Shown here one piece after another: positions 47,935-64,000 of a DNA stretch of 64,000 bases (the first letter of the stretch is position 1; each line of letters begins with the position of its first letter). The stretch comes from the human T2T-CHM13v2.0 reference genome, Homo sapiens. The notes below the pieces were generated by a model. It was not told the DNA's origin. It saw only the letters and a list, made by a program, of their open reading frames with translations, and did not search any database. The stretch lies in assembly GCF_009914755.1 (NCBI RefSeq), contig NC_060925.1; one strand, written 5' to 3'. Both the position numbers and the translations under genes were made by a program.

Positions 47935-50900
47935 CAGAAGGACAGAGCAAGATGGCCAAATAAAAGGCTCCACCGATTGTTCTCTCCACAGGAACACCAA
48001 ATTTAACAACTATCTACACAAAAAAACTACCTTCATAACAACCAAAAATCAGACACCAGCTTGGCCACAGTAAAGTAAACCACAAAGTAGGCTCTTGAGG
48101 GACCCAATTCTAGGCCTTGACTCTTGGATGGCATTTCTGGACCAGTCCTGGGCCAGAAGGTAGCCCACTGCCCTAAAGGGTGAGTCCCAGGCCTGGCCGC
48201 ATTCACCATAAACAGACTGAAAAGCCCTTGGGCCTTAAGCGAACATTGACAATAGCCTGACAGTACTCCCTGCGAGCTATGGTAGTGGTAATCAAGAAGA
48301 GATGCTCCTCCACCAGTGGAAAAATGAGGAAAACATGGGAAGGACTCTGTCTCATGGTTTGAGAGCCAGCTCAGCCTCAGTAGAGAGCACCGGTTAGATT
48401 TCTAAGGTTTTTTGACTCCAGTCTCTGCCTCCCGGACTGCATCTCAGGACCCACCTGGGTCCTGGAGGAGCTTGCTGCCATGAAGGAGAGAACACAAGCT
48501 GGGCTGGTTTCACAAACTGCTGATTATACAGCCCTAGGGCTTTGAGTGAACATAGGCAGTAGACAGGTAGTAGTTACAGTGGGCCTTGGGCAAGACCCAG
48601 GGCTGTGCTGGCTTTAGGTCTCACTCAGCACACTCCCAGTGGTAGTAGTCACACTGATGCTCATGTCAGCCCAAACCCAGCACCAGATGGCACAGCACAA
48701 AGAGACAGACTCTGCTTGTTTAGGAGAAAGTAAGGGAAAACAACAAGAGTCTCTGCCTGCTAATTCAGAGAATTGTCTGAATCTTATTGAACACAACCAA
48801 GGCAGTACCTCTATGAATCTGCAAGAACCACAGCAGTACTGGACTGGGAGTGCCTCCTAATGCAGACACAGCTTAGATCACAACACTGAAGTCCTTACAA
48901 ATACCTAAAAAGCCTTCCAAAAAAGGACAGATAGAATAAGCCTAGATTGCAAAGAGTACATTAAATACCTAACTCTTCAATGCCTGGACATGAATGAACC
49001 TACACAAGCATCAAGGACATCAAGGAAAATACGACTCTACCAAATGAACTAAATAAGGCACTAGGGATCAATTCTGAAGAAACAGAGATATGTGACCTTT
49101 CAGACAGAAAATTAATAATAGCTGTTGAGGATACTCAAAGCTGTTTTGAGGAAAATAGCTGTTTTAAGGAAACTCGAAGAAGTTCAAAATCATAAAGAGA
49201 AGGAATTCAGAATTCTATCAGATAAATTTAACAAAGAGATTAAAATAATTAAAAGGACTCAAGCAGAAATTCTGGAGTTGAAAAATGCAATTGACATACT
49301 GAAGGATGCGAAAGACACTCTTAATAGAGGACTTGATCAAGTAGAAGAAAGAATTAGTGAGCTCAAAGACAGGCTATTTGAAAACACACAGTCAGAGGAT
49401 ACAAAAGAAAAAAGAATAAAAACCAATGAAGTATTCCTACAAGATGTAGACAGTAGCCTCAACCAGCCAAATCTAAGATTTACTGGCCTTAAAGGGGAGA
49501 TGAAAAGAGAGAGAGATGGGTAAAAATTTTTTCAAAGTAATAATAGTAGTTTCCAAACCTAGAGAAAGATATCAATATTCAAGTACAGGTTATAGAACAT
49601 CATGCAGATTTAGCTCAAAGAAGACTATGCCAAGGCAATTAATAATCAAACTCCCAAAGGTCACGAATAAAGGATCCCAAAAGTAGCAAGAAAAAAGAAA
49701 TAAATAACATACAATGGAGTTCCAATATGTCTGGTAGCAACATTTCAGTGGAAGCCCTACAGGCCAGGAGACAGTGGCATGACATATTTAACGTGCTGAA
49801 AGAAAAAACTTTTATCCTAGAATAGTATATTTAGCAAAAATACTCTCCTGGGAAAAGAAGACTTTCCCAGTTTAAAAAAAAAAAAAAAAACTGAGAGATT
49901 TCAACACCAGACCTGTTCTATAAGAAATGCTAAAGGCAGTTCTTCAATCATAAAGAAAGGGACATTAATGAACACTAAGAAATCATCAGAAGGCACAAAA
50001 ATCACAGGTAACCGTAAGTATACAGGAAACCACAGAATATTATAACATTGGTAATCATAAGCACACAGGAAAACAGAATGTTATAACATTGTAAATGTGT
50101 AAGTTACTCTTTTCTTAAGTAGAAAGACTAAACAATGAACCAATCAAAAATAAATATAACAACTTTTCAAGACATAAATAGTACAATAAGATATAAATAG
50201 AAACATAGTACAATAAGATATAGCTTTTTTAAAAATTAAAAAAGTAGGGAGATAAAGTTGAAATGTAGAGTTTTTATTAGTTTTCCTTTTGCTTGTTTGT
50301 TTATGCAAGCACTATTAAGTTGTCATCAGTTGAGAATAATGTGTTCTAAAATAGTATTCACAAGACACATGGCAACCTCAAATCTAAAAACACATAATAA
50401 AAACATACATGCAAAAGCAAGAAATTAAATTACACCACCAGAGAGAATCACCTTCATGAAAAGAAACACAGCAAGGAAAAAGAAAGGAAAAGAAGACCAC
50501 GAAACAACCAGAAAACAAATAACAAAATGGCAACACAAGTCCTTATTTATCAATAATAACATCAAATGTAAATATACTAAACTCCTCAATGAAAAGACAG
50601 AGAGTGGCTGAATGGGGTAAAAAAAAAAAAAAAACGAGATCCAACTATCTGTTGCCTACAAGAAACACACTTCACATATAAAGACACACATAGACTGAAA
50701 ATGAAAGAATGCAAAAAGACATTCTATGCAAATGGAAACAAAATAGAGCAGGAGTAGGTGTACTTACATCAGACAAAAGAGATCTCAAGACAAAAGCTGT
50801 AAGACAAGACAAAGAAAGTCATCATGCAGTAATTAAGGGGTCAATTCAGCAAGAGAACAGAGCAATTGTAAATATATATGTACCCAATATTGGAGAACCC

Positions 50901-51280
50901 AGATATATAAAGCAAATATTATTAGAGCTAAAGAGATATAGACCCCAATAAAATAATAGCTGGAGACATAAACACCCTGCTTTCAGCATCAGAGAGATCA
51001 TGCAGACAGAAAATCAACAAAGAAACTTCAAACTTAATCTGCACTGTAAACAACATGAAACTAATAGATTTTAACAAAGCATTTCACACTATAAGGAAAA
51101 GTCTCTGACCAAAGAAAAGGCTGAAACCTGATGGCTTCACTGATGAATTTTACCAAATATTTAAAGCACTAATACCAATCCTACACAAACTATTCTGAAA
51201 AAATAGACGAGGAGAGAATACTTCTAAACTTATTCTATGAGGCCAGTAGTACCCTGATACCAAAACCAGAAACAGACCCA

Positions 51281-51331
<51 letters not shown>

Positions 51332-54190
51332 CTAAATGCTAATATCACTGAACAAAAATTGATGCAAAAATTCTCAAAAAAAAAATACTAGCAATCCAAA
51401 CTCAATAACACATTAAAAAGATCATTCCTCATGCATGACCAAGTAGGATTTCTCCCTGGGAAGCAAGGATGGTTCAGCATATGCAAATCAATCAGTGTGA
51501 TACATCATATAAACAGAATGAAGGACAAAAACCATATGATCATTTCAATTGATGCTGAAAAGGCATTTGATAAAATTCAGCAACCCTTCATGATAAAAAC
51601 CCTAAAAAAAAACTGGACATGGAATGAACATACCTCAATACAATAAAATCCACATACAACAGACCCACAGCTAGTATCAAACTTAATTTAAAAAAACTGA
51701 AAGTCTATCCTCTAAGATCTGGAACAAGACAAGGATGCCCACTTTCATCAGTATTATTCAACATAGTACTGGAAGTCCTAACTAGAGAAATCAAATAACA
51801 GACAGACATAAAGGTCATCTACATTGGAAAGGAATAAATCAAATTGTTCTTGTTTGTAGATGATATAAACTTGCACTTGAAAAAACCTAAGGACTCCACC
51901 AGAAAACTATTAGAACTGATAAATTCAGTAAAGTTGCAGAATACACAATCAACATACAAAAAAATCACATTTCTATATGCCAACTGTGAACAATGTGAAA
52001 GAGAAATTTAAAAACTAATCCCATATACAATACCCACAAATAAAATTATATACGTCAGAATTAACCTAACCAAAGAAATTAAAGATCTCTAAAATAAAAA
52101 CTATAAAAAATTGATTTAAAAAATTGAAGAGGACACAAAAAAGTGGAAAAATATTACAAGTTCATGCATTGGAAGAATCAATATTATTAAAATGTCCATA
52201 CTACCCAAAGCAATCTACAGATTCAATGCAATCCCTGTCAAAATATAATGACATTCTTCACAAACATATAAAAAAAATCCTAAAATTTCTATGGAGCCAC
52301 AAAAGACTCAGAAGACCCAAAGCTATCCTAAGTAAAAAGAACAAAACTGGAGGAATCACATTACCTGACTTCAAATTATACTACAGAGCGATAGTAACTC
52401 AAACAGCATGATAATAGCATAAAAAACAGCATGATAATAGCATAAAACATAGAAAAATGGAGCAGAATAGACAACCCAGAAATAAATCCATACATCTACA
52501 AGGAACTCACTTTCAACAAAGATGCAAAGAACATACATTAGGGAAAGGACAGTCTGTTCAATAAATGGTAAACTGGATATCCACATGCAGAAGAATGAAA
52601 CTATACACCTCTTTTTTTCCATGTACAAAAATCAAATCAAAATGGATTAAACACTTAAATCTAAGACTTTGAAATTATGAACCTCCACCAGAAACACTGG
52701 GGAAACTCTCCAGAACATTGGACTGGACAAAGATTTCTTGAGCAATACCCCACAAGAACAGGTAACCAAAGCAAAAATGAACAAATGGGATCACATCAAG
52801 TTAAAAAGTCTCTGCACAGCAAACGAAATAATCAACAAAGTGAAGAGATAACCCACTAAATGGGAGAAAATATTTGCAAATTACCCACGTGAAAAGGGAT
52901 TAATAATCAGAATGTAGAAAGAGCTCCAAAACTCTACAGGGGGAAAAAGAGCTAGTAATTCAATTTAAAAATGGGCAAAAGGCCTGAATAGACATTCTCA
53001 AAAGAAGACATACAAATGACAAGTAGGCATAAGAAAAGGTGCTCAAATTCATTGATCATCAGAGAAATGCAGGTCAAAACTATAAAGAGATATCATCTCA
53101 CCCCAGTTAAAATGGCATTTATCCAAAGGCAGGCAATAACAAACACCGGCGAGGATGTAGAGAAAAAGAACCCTCATATTCTGTTGGTGGGAATGTAAAT
53201 TAGTACAACTGCTATGGGAACAGTTTTGAAGTTCCTCAAAAATCTAAAAATAGAGCTACCATATTTTATACAACAATCCCACTGCTAGGCATATACGCAA
53301 AGGAAAAAAAATCAGTATATCAAAGGCATATCTGCACACCCATGTTTACTGCAACACTATTCACCCTGGGCAAGATTTGGAAGCAACTCAAGTGCCTGTA
53401 AATAGATGAATGGATAAAGAAAAAGTGGTACTTATATACAATAAAGTACTATCCAGCCATAAAAAAAGAATGAGATCCTGTCATTTGCATCAACATGGAT
53501 GAAACTAGAGGTCACTGTGTTAAGTGAAGTAAGCTAGGCACAGAAAGACAAACTTCTTACATTCTCATTTTTTGTGTGTGGGAGCTAAAAATTATACCAA
53601 ACTGAACTCATGGAGACAGAGAGTAGAAGGATGGTTACCAGAGGCTACAAAGAGTAGTGTGGATGTGAAGAGGAAGTGGGGATGGTTAGTGAGTAGAAAA
53701 AAATAGTAGAAGAAAGAATAAGACCTTACATTTGGTAGTACAACAGAGGGACTATAGTCAATAATAATCTAATTGCACATTTAAAAATAACTAAAAGAGT
53801 GTAATTGGATTGTTTGTAATACAAAGGATAAATGCTTGCGGGGATGAATACCCAATTTTCCATGATATGATTATGACACATTGCATGCCTATACCAAAAT
53901 ATCTCATGTGACCTATAAATATATACACCTACTATGTGTCCACAAAAATAAAAAAAAAATTAAAATAATGAATAAGACACCTATATTCACTAGCACAACA
54001 GGGTGATTATAGTCAATAATAATTTAATTGTACATTTAAAAATAACTAAATGAGTATAACTGAATTGTTTATAACACAAAGGATAAATGCTTGAGGTGAT
54101 GGATACACAATATACACTTTTGTGATTATTACACTTTACATGCCTGTATCAAAGGACACTTACTATATATCCACAAAAAAAAAAAAGAAA
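47935..54190 (+). mobile_element. Long L1MA-like element (5'UTR, ORF1, ORF2 with deletion at ~51090, doubled 3' end) inserted in a MIR
   Basis: 5' 'gagcaagatggccaaataaaaggctcc'; ORF1 remnant 49125-49523; RT remnant HDQVGFLPG (51431); MIR halves on both flanks (~47875-47932 and ~54195-54290). Confidence 0.87.
51286..51330. repeat. (CA)n microsatellite
   Basis: About 22 AC units. Confidence 0.95.
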
Positions 54191-54433
54191 ACAAAAACTT
54201 AGGTTCACATCCCTTCTGGGCCACTTACTATGTGGTCTTAATTATTCTACCTACATGGACTTGTTTCTTTATCTGTAAAACTAAGGACATCATATTAAAT
54301 GACGGCTTTCTTTGCCTATAGAATCAAAACAGCTAACCAATTAAATCAGATTTGAGTAAAATGGGACTTACTGTGACTCCTGGTTTATTTAATTGGTGTC
54401 GTACATAAAAGGTATATAAAACATGTTTGCTCA

Positions 54434-54778
<345 letters not shown>

Positions 54779-54883
54779 CTATCAAGATCAAATAGAGTGA
54801 CACTAAGCAGGCTTATTATCTTGGTGAATCTTTCACATATTGCTTCTAACTGTAGAAGCTAGTGTCTCCTAATGTCAAGAGGG

Positions 54884-55218
<335 letters not shown>

Positions 55219-55775
55219 TGTCAAGAGGTTTTATAAAGTCAAGAAATAAGGTGGCAAAGTTCTTCATTTTCCCCACACTCTTCCTATACCTGAGATGAAG
55301 CAAATATCACACTAATGCCTAAAGCCACATTTTAATACCCAAAAAGCAGTAGAACAGATCCAGAGGATGAAACAGGAGGCCAAAAGCTTATGTCAGAATG
55401 TGCTTATGGTCTCCTGGGACACTCCTCTGATTCAACAAGCTAAGAATAACATTCTATCGCAGAGACACTGCTCTGATATATACTATCTATTAAAGGCTGA
55501 CAGCTTCTCTTTTAAACACACATGTAAATGTTTAGGTAACCTCTGCAGAGTATTCTGCATAGTACAAACCTGAAGAAGCCTTGGATTACAGATACTTTTT
55601 TTAGAGTGTTGCTGCCACTGCTGCTATTGTTTTTATAGGTACCATTTATAATGATGTAAAATGACTTATAGTGATGTAGTGTAACAAAGTTTACAAAGCA
55701 ATCTTTCTTTTAACACAGTTAAGCACAGAGTCAAAGGACCCATGTTTGAATTTTCTTCTTTTATCACTCTATAAA

Positions 55776-58205
<2,430 letters not shown>

Positions 58206-60787
58206 TTGTATGAACTTCAGAAAGTTACCTAAGCTCTTTTAGCCACAGTTTCTGCCAACTGTAAAACAGGGGTTAATATTACCTATCCCATAGATTTCTA
58301 TAAGAATTAAATGAATAATAGATGAAATATCTATTACAGATATTGGCAAATAACTGTCCATATTTGGTGTTCAAGAAATACTCATTCTTATAATAATTAT
58401 AGTGATAAATAAAACAAAGTGGAAAAGTAGAGCTGAAGTATGTAGGCTGAAGGAACAAAGCTGCAAAGGTATGGTGCTGTCAGTTCAGAATGCCAGGCCA
58501 ATGAACTGGATTCTATATAGGGTCTGATTAGCAGTCTCAAGCACTGAGAACACTCCAGAAGGTAAAGAAATAAGAGGGAAACAATGTGTGCAATATACTT
58601 CTAGAATCTGTAACAAATGATTATCAAATAACTTCCATACATAAAAGGTAGGCATGGTGGCAGGGAGCAGACAATGGATACATTTATTCATTAAGGAAAT
58701 ATGTATTAAATTTTCACCATCAGCCACTCTGATAGATGCTAACATCATACAGCTACTAAATTCAACTCAGATCTGATTTCAAATACTCCTGCTCTTTCCA
58801 CTGTATCATACTAAATCCATTCATATGGATACTTTTCTTCACCTTAGGGAAATATAAATTAAGTTTATTCCATAAACTTATCCCTAAAAACACAATTATA
58901 CAACTTTAGACCTTGAAGGGTCTTAGAGCTTATTTGGCCACCAACATCCTATACAATGTTATAGGTGATGAAGCTGAGGCTCACCTAAGAGAAGTTAAGG
59001 GGCATATTTAAACTCAAAAATACATTTTAGATCTATGCCAGGGCACCTGAATTTCCAGTGTTGGTGCAACATGATGACAGAGACATTGGATAATAATACT
59101 TCATGAATCTTTGAAATTCAACCTCAGTACAAAAATAACATATAAACTGGGAAAAATAATCATTTCATCAAAATGAAGGCCAATTATGGAGATCCTCATA
59201 TAAGAAATGAGCTCTTTTAAAAAGGGTTAGTTGGAAAACTCCAATAGCATTTGTCTCCAAACTAGGTTGCCTTCAATGGTACCTGTAGCAGTTGTCAAAA
59301 AAAATGGTCACATCCATGTATAGCATAATCAAATCATATGTTCTATTTCTGAAAGTTGCAGAGATTTTCAAGAACATTGCATTTTTATAGATAAAACTGA
59401 TTTCTTACAGAGAAGGTAAACAATCAGCCTACTTTGTACTGTGAAAAACTTTAAGTTCTACCAAGTGAGCTGCTAGAGGCTATTCTCATGCCACATTAGG
59501 CAGAAGACAAGCATGGCTGCAATATTCTAAGTTAACAACAATGACACTAAAGAGATGATGAAATTACAGCTGTGGGGTTGGCCTTTGGACAATTAGATTT
59601 CAAGAGTGACAAAAAAAGAGAACAATGCCTATAAAAAATTTTCTCTGCTGAACACAACATGAGTTTTATGACGAAGTATTATTCAATTTTGACAAAGCAA
59701 ATTTATCAGAATTCCTCTTGTGATGATTAGAAATTTGACAAAATTAGAAAAAGATATTTATTTTCAGGCAAAGCATCATGGCATCACTTCACAGTATAAC
59801 ATATAATTTTCTTAAAATATATATAACTTATATAGGAATCCTCCCTGCTTCACAAATGTTTCTCTAATATTTTTAGAAACAAATTTGCCTTTTGTTTAAC
59901 ATCTAATACAATGTATCCTGAGTAAGGTTGTTTGGGGCCTTGACATGGGTGGATTAAAGCATAGGGAGATCATAAATACATTTCATCACCAGCCTGTAGT
60001 CTCTGCCCTGGGATCAAGATGAAAAGTCTTTTCCCTGAAATAATCACATGATTACCCTTATGGTGGCCTGGCTTGAGTTACAAGCAAAACCCTTCTGTGT
60101 TCACAACCAACATGAAGCAAGTCAAACCCTTCCCTTGGTCCAGGATGGTTCAGATTATGGTCCAGGGTAGTTCAGACTATGAAAGGAAGTCAGCAGCAGC
60201 AGAAAGCTGAAAACAGAATAGATGATACCTAAATATTTGGGGGCATTAAATTTTATTAGGAATGAAAGGATTATGAACCATTCCTTATTTGTCTGTATCA
60301 CTTGGCTATTCGCTGTGATTAAGAGAATCAAAATATAGCCTGGCCAAGTTAAAGGATGTATCCCCAATTTCAACAGATCCTAAAATTAGCCCACAGTCAG
60401 ATAGATTTTGGGTTAGGGAATACATTACACTACAGTTGTAAGAATTATTAATATGACCAATAATTAAGCATACCCTCAAAAATATATTAAGCATATATGA
60501 ACTGTATATATTAAAATAATAGATTCATAACACCACTTACTTCTTGAGTCTGTATGTATTTAAGAGAATAGAGCTTTAATACAGACTTACAGCTGTATTA
60601 AATCCCTACTCTCTCCCTTAGTATGAGTATGATTTTGAGCTTGCTTTCAGAATCCTACCCCCTAGGATTTTATAATAATTAACTAAGATAATGTATATAA
60701 TGTATTGAGCAGATTATGTAGCCATTGTTGCTAGTATTATTTCAAATCTTGACAGGATTTACTCATTTTAAGATAAAGAGAAACAGG

Positions 60788-60792
<5 letters not shown>

Positions 60793-60826
<34 letters not shown>
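60793..60826. repeat. (TG)n microsatellite
   Basis: About 17 TG units. Confidence 0.95.
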
Positions 60827-60828
<2 letters not shown>

Positions 60829-62219
60829 CTTGATCCTTATCCAATTAAGTAGCATTGTTATGTGGAAAAAAGTTTTCTCCAAACTATTTAGGAAATAGTA
60901 TTTATTAATTTATTGCAGTTATTGTACTTAAAAACATCTTATGTGCATAAACTCATGTAATCATTTATACATGCAAAAATAGACATATCAGTAAAGCTAA
61001 AAGAGTTCACCGTACCAGAAGAACCCTTAGAGATAATCTCTCTTTTCCTTCAGTTTGCACTTATATAAAAACTAAGGACCATCACCGGAATAAGTAATTT
61101 ATATTTTCGTGGTTATAAGTTTTTCCAGTTACACAACTATTCAATGCCAGAGAGACTGATTTAATAAAAAAATCACCCAATCCAATTGTCTTTCCTACTA
61201 AGCATACCCAATATTTATGTCAACCCCCATTATTGGCTAACAGCCAATAAATGCAAAATTCCATACTTGTGTAAAGTATATCTCAAATGCTAAAAAAAAT
61301 TTGTCAAGATATACTAACAATTAACTGAAAAATATACCTAGTCCATTTCCAACAATAAGATGTGATATATGTGTATGTGTTTGTGTGTGTGTGTAAACTG
61401 CATATGTAAGTAAACGTGTAAAGAAAGAAAATACTACTTTCTGCCTCTAAATTGGTACAGACTATTCTTTAATTTCCTCCACCAGCACATGAAAGCTTAG
61501 GACACAGGCAATAGCAAAAAGAGCCTGCCAGGAACTATTTCACTCTGTATGAAATTCTGGTCTTGGAATTTCCTTAAATCCACATTTTCTTACAAGGTCA
61601 TGAAAAAGGTCATGTTTAAATATAAGATGGGCCATTATATATTTTTTCTACTTAAGTCAATATAAGTTTCTAATCCCTTTTCATGAGAACTATAAAGTTT
61701 ATTTCAGCAAAAGCCTTTCTGCCCATGCTGACCATGCCGAAGCTTTTCTAAGTTGTAGCAAAACAATCACAAATGATGTGATAAAAGTTCATATCATATG
61801 AGTTGAATTATAAACAAGCACTTGATCAAATATACAAAAGGTTGTAATTCATTTAACTTAACTAAGTGCCTAGTTGGTATAAGACACCATAATAGATGCT
61901 ATATAAAGAACAGTAGCAATATCTTCACTTCTTAAGTTTCTTTTAATCTTATTTTTAAAGGGTTCCTCCTATCCAAGAATGTAAAATTTGAAAGAAACAT
62001 TAAGTATACCAGTCCTTATTCCAAAAAGAATATAGTTTTATCTGTAGGAAAATGAGTGCAGGTTTTCCCACAGTTATTCCTTTATACTTCATTACATCAA
62101 TTAACATGAACTGACAGCTGGTACTAGGCACTGTGCTTTCATATATATTATTTCCATTAAATTTCATTAAATGCCCTTAGGTAGGAATTATTATCTTAAT
62201 TTGCAAACTGATTACATTT

Positions 62220-62663
62220 CTAAGTGAAAGAAACCAATCTGAAAAGCCTACATGCTATATGATTCCAACTATGTGATATTCTGGAAAAGGAAAAACTATA
62301 AAGTAGAAAGATCAGTGGTTACCAGGGGCTAGAGGTTGAGAGACAGAGATAAATACATGGAGCACAGAGGATTTCAAGGGCAGTGAAAAATGCTCTGTAT
62401 ATAATTATAATGATGAACACATGTCATGAAACATTTGCCCAAACTCATAAACTGTACAAAATCAAGAGTTAATCCTAATGTATGATAATAATGTGTCAAT
62501 GTAGGTTCATTGACACAACAAATAATACCACTTTTCTGGAGGATGTTGATAATTGGAGAGGCTATGTACATGTGGGGGTGGGGGTATGTGAGAAATCTCT
62601 TCCTTTAATTTTGCGATAACCTAAAACTGCTCTCAAAAAATAAAGTCTTTAATTAAAAAAAAA
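62220..62663 (+). mobile_element. L1MC-like 3' end
   Basis: 'gaaagaaaccaatctgaaaag...aacctaaaactgctctcaaaaaataaagtct' plus A tail. Confidence 0.75.
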
Positions 62664-62766
62664 GATTATACTGAGAATTAGAAAAATTAAGTAACTTGTC
62701 ATACGTCATTTAACTAGTTAGTAGTGCAGCTGAGATAAATAAAACTTTGTTAAGAAAGTGTCTCAA

Positions 62767-63446
62767 GGCCAGGCATGGTGGCTCATGCCTGTAATCCTAG
62801 GACTTTAGAAGATTCAAAGCTGGAGGATTCCTTGAGCTCAGGAGTTCAAGACCAGCCTGGGCAAAATAAATGAGACCTCATCTCTCTAAGCTTTTTTTAA
62901 TTAGCCAGGTGATACAGTTTGGATGTTGTCCCCTCTAAATCTCATGTTGAACTATAATCTCATGTTGGAGTTGGGGCCTAGTGGGAAGTGACTGGATCAT
63001 GGGGGAAGATTTCTCGTGAAAAGTTTATCACCTTCTTCTTGGTGCTGTCTTCACAATAGTGAGTGAGTTATTGCAAGATCTGGCTGTTTAAAAGTACTCG
63101 GCACCCTCCTCCCCCTTCCTCTCTATTGTTCCATGTGACATGCTTGCTCCCACTTTGCCTTCTGCCATGATTGTGAGCTTCCTGAGTCCCTCACCAGAAG
63201 CAGATGCCAACATTACACTTCCTGTACTGTCTGCAGAACCGTGAGCCAATTAAACCTTTTTTCTTTATAAATTACCCATGCTTAGATGTTTCTCCATAAG
63301 AACACAGGAATGGCCTAATACACTGGGCATGGTTGCAAGTGCCTGTAGTCCTAGCTACTTGGGAGGCTAATGTGGGAGAATTGCTTGAACCCAGGAGGTC
63401 AAGACCAGCCTGGGTGACAGAATGAGACCCTGTATCAAATAAAAAA
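62767..63446 (+). mobile_element. AluJ-like element split by an MST LTR
   Basis: Left arm 62767-62909; right arm 63323-63446. Confidence 0.85.
62910..63322 (+). mobile_element. MST (MSTB-like) MaLR solo LTR
   Basis: 'tgatacagtttggatgttgtcccctctaaatctcatgttga...gaatggcctaataca' with TG...CA ends. Confidence 0.9.
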
Positions 63447-63674
63447 GGGGGTGGGTCTCAAACTGAGAAATAATAGCCATTTGCTTATCAGACTACTAAC
63501 TGATATTACAAGATAATTATCTTGTTATTACAATAGTCAATATCCATTAATAATACTTCATGAATGAATTTTAAAGGCTATACTCTTTTTATCTTGTTAC
63601 TGCTAGTGAATTTCATCACTGACAATTGCTATTTATACATATACATATGCATACTGAACCCTATCTAAGAGACA

Positions 63675-63930
63675 ATAGGGCATAATATAGTTAAGTACAC
63701 AATAGAAGAAGATGGCCTAACTTCCAATCTCAGGTATGCCACTACCAACTGTTTGACCTTGGAAAAGGTACTTAACTGCACTGTACCTCAGTTTCTCCAT
63801 CTGTAAAATAACAATAATAATAGTACTTACTTCCCTATGCCTTATGGGTGTTATAAAGAATAAATAATATTTGTAATTTTTGAAGTATCTGGCATATGGT
63901 AAGAGTTATGTAAGAGCTTGTTAAATATAT
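63675..63930 (+). mobile_element. MIR
   Basis: Core 'tgaccttggaaaaggtacttaactgcactgtacctcagtttctccatctgtaaaat'. Confidence 0.8.
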
Positions 63931-64000
63931 ACATTCATACACACACACACATATACATACCCACATATATACATAAGTATATTATATGTTTCTTTGCAAG

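Overview
AT-rich, repeat-dense primate (human-like) genomic DNA. I find no intact cellular protein-coding gene, RNA gene or CRISPR array. The window opens with the 3' end of a disabled C2H2 zinc-finger array matching my recollection of ZNF135 (pseudogene). The rest is layered retroelements: old L1M/L1PB/L1PA copies, Alus, ERVL/MaLR/ERV1 pieces, MIR/L2/CR1 and a MER20. The centrepiece is a near full-length young L1 (L1PA2-like, minus strand, ~29806-35852). It has an intact 1275-aa ORF2, an intact ORF0 and an ORF1 broken by one nonsense codon. It sits inside a 5'-truncated L1PA3-like element and shares a 386-bp identical tract with it carrying apparently non-consensus variants, which suggests gene conversion. 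Two nested candidate L1 3' transductions lie at 19068-25089 and 21458-22284. Almost all old L1/LTR elements are on the + strand, suggesting an intron of a minus-strand gene. I see no evidence of a wholly new biological system; the best leads concern retrotransposon mechanics. Subfamily names come from memory of consensus sequences and boundaries of old repeats are approximate.
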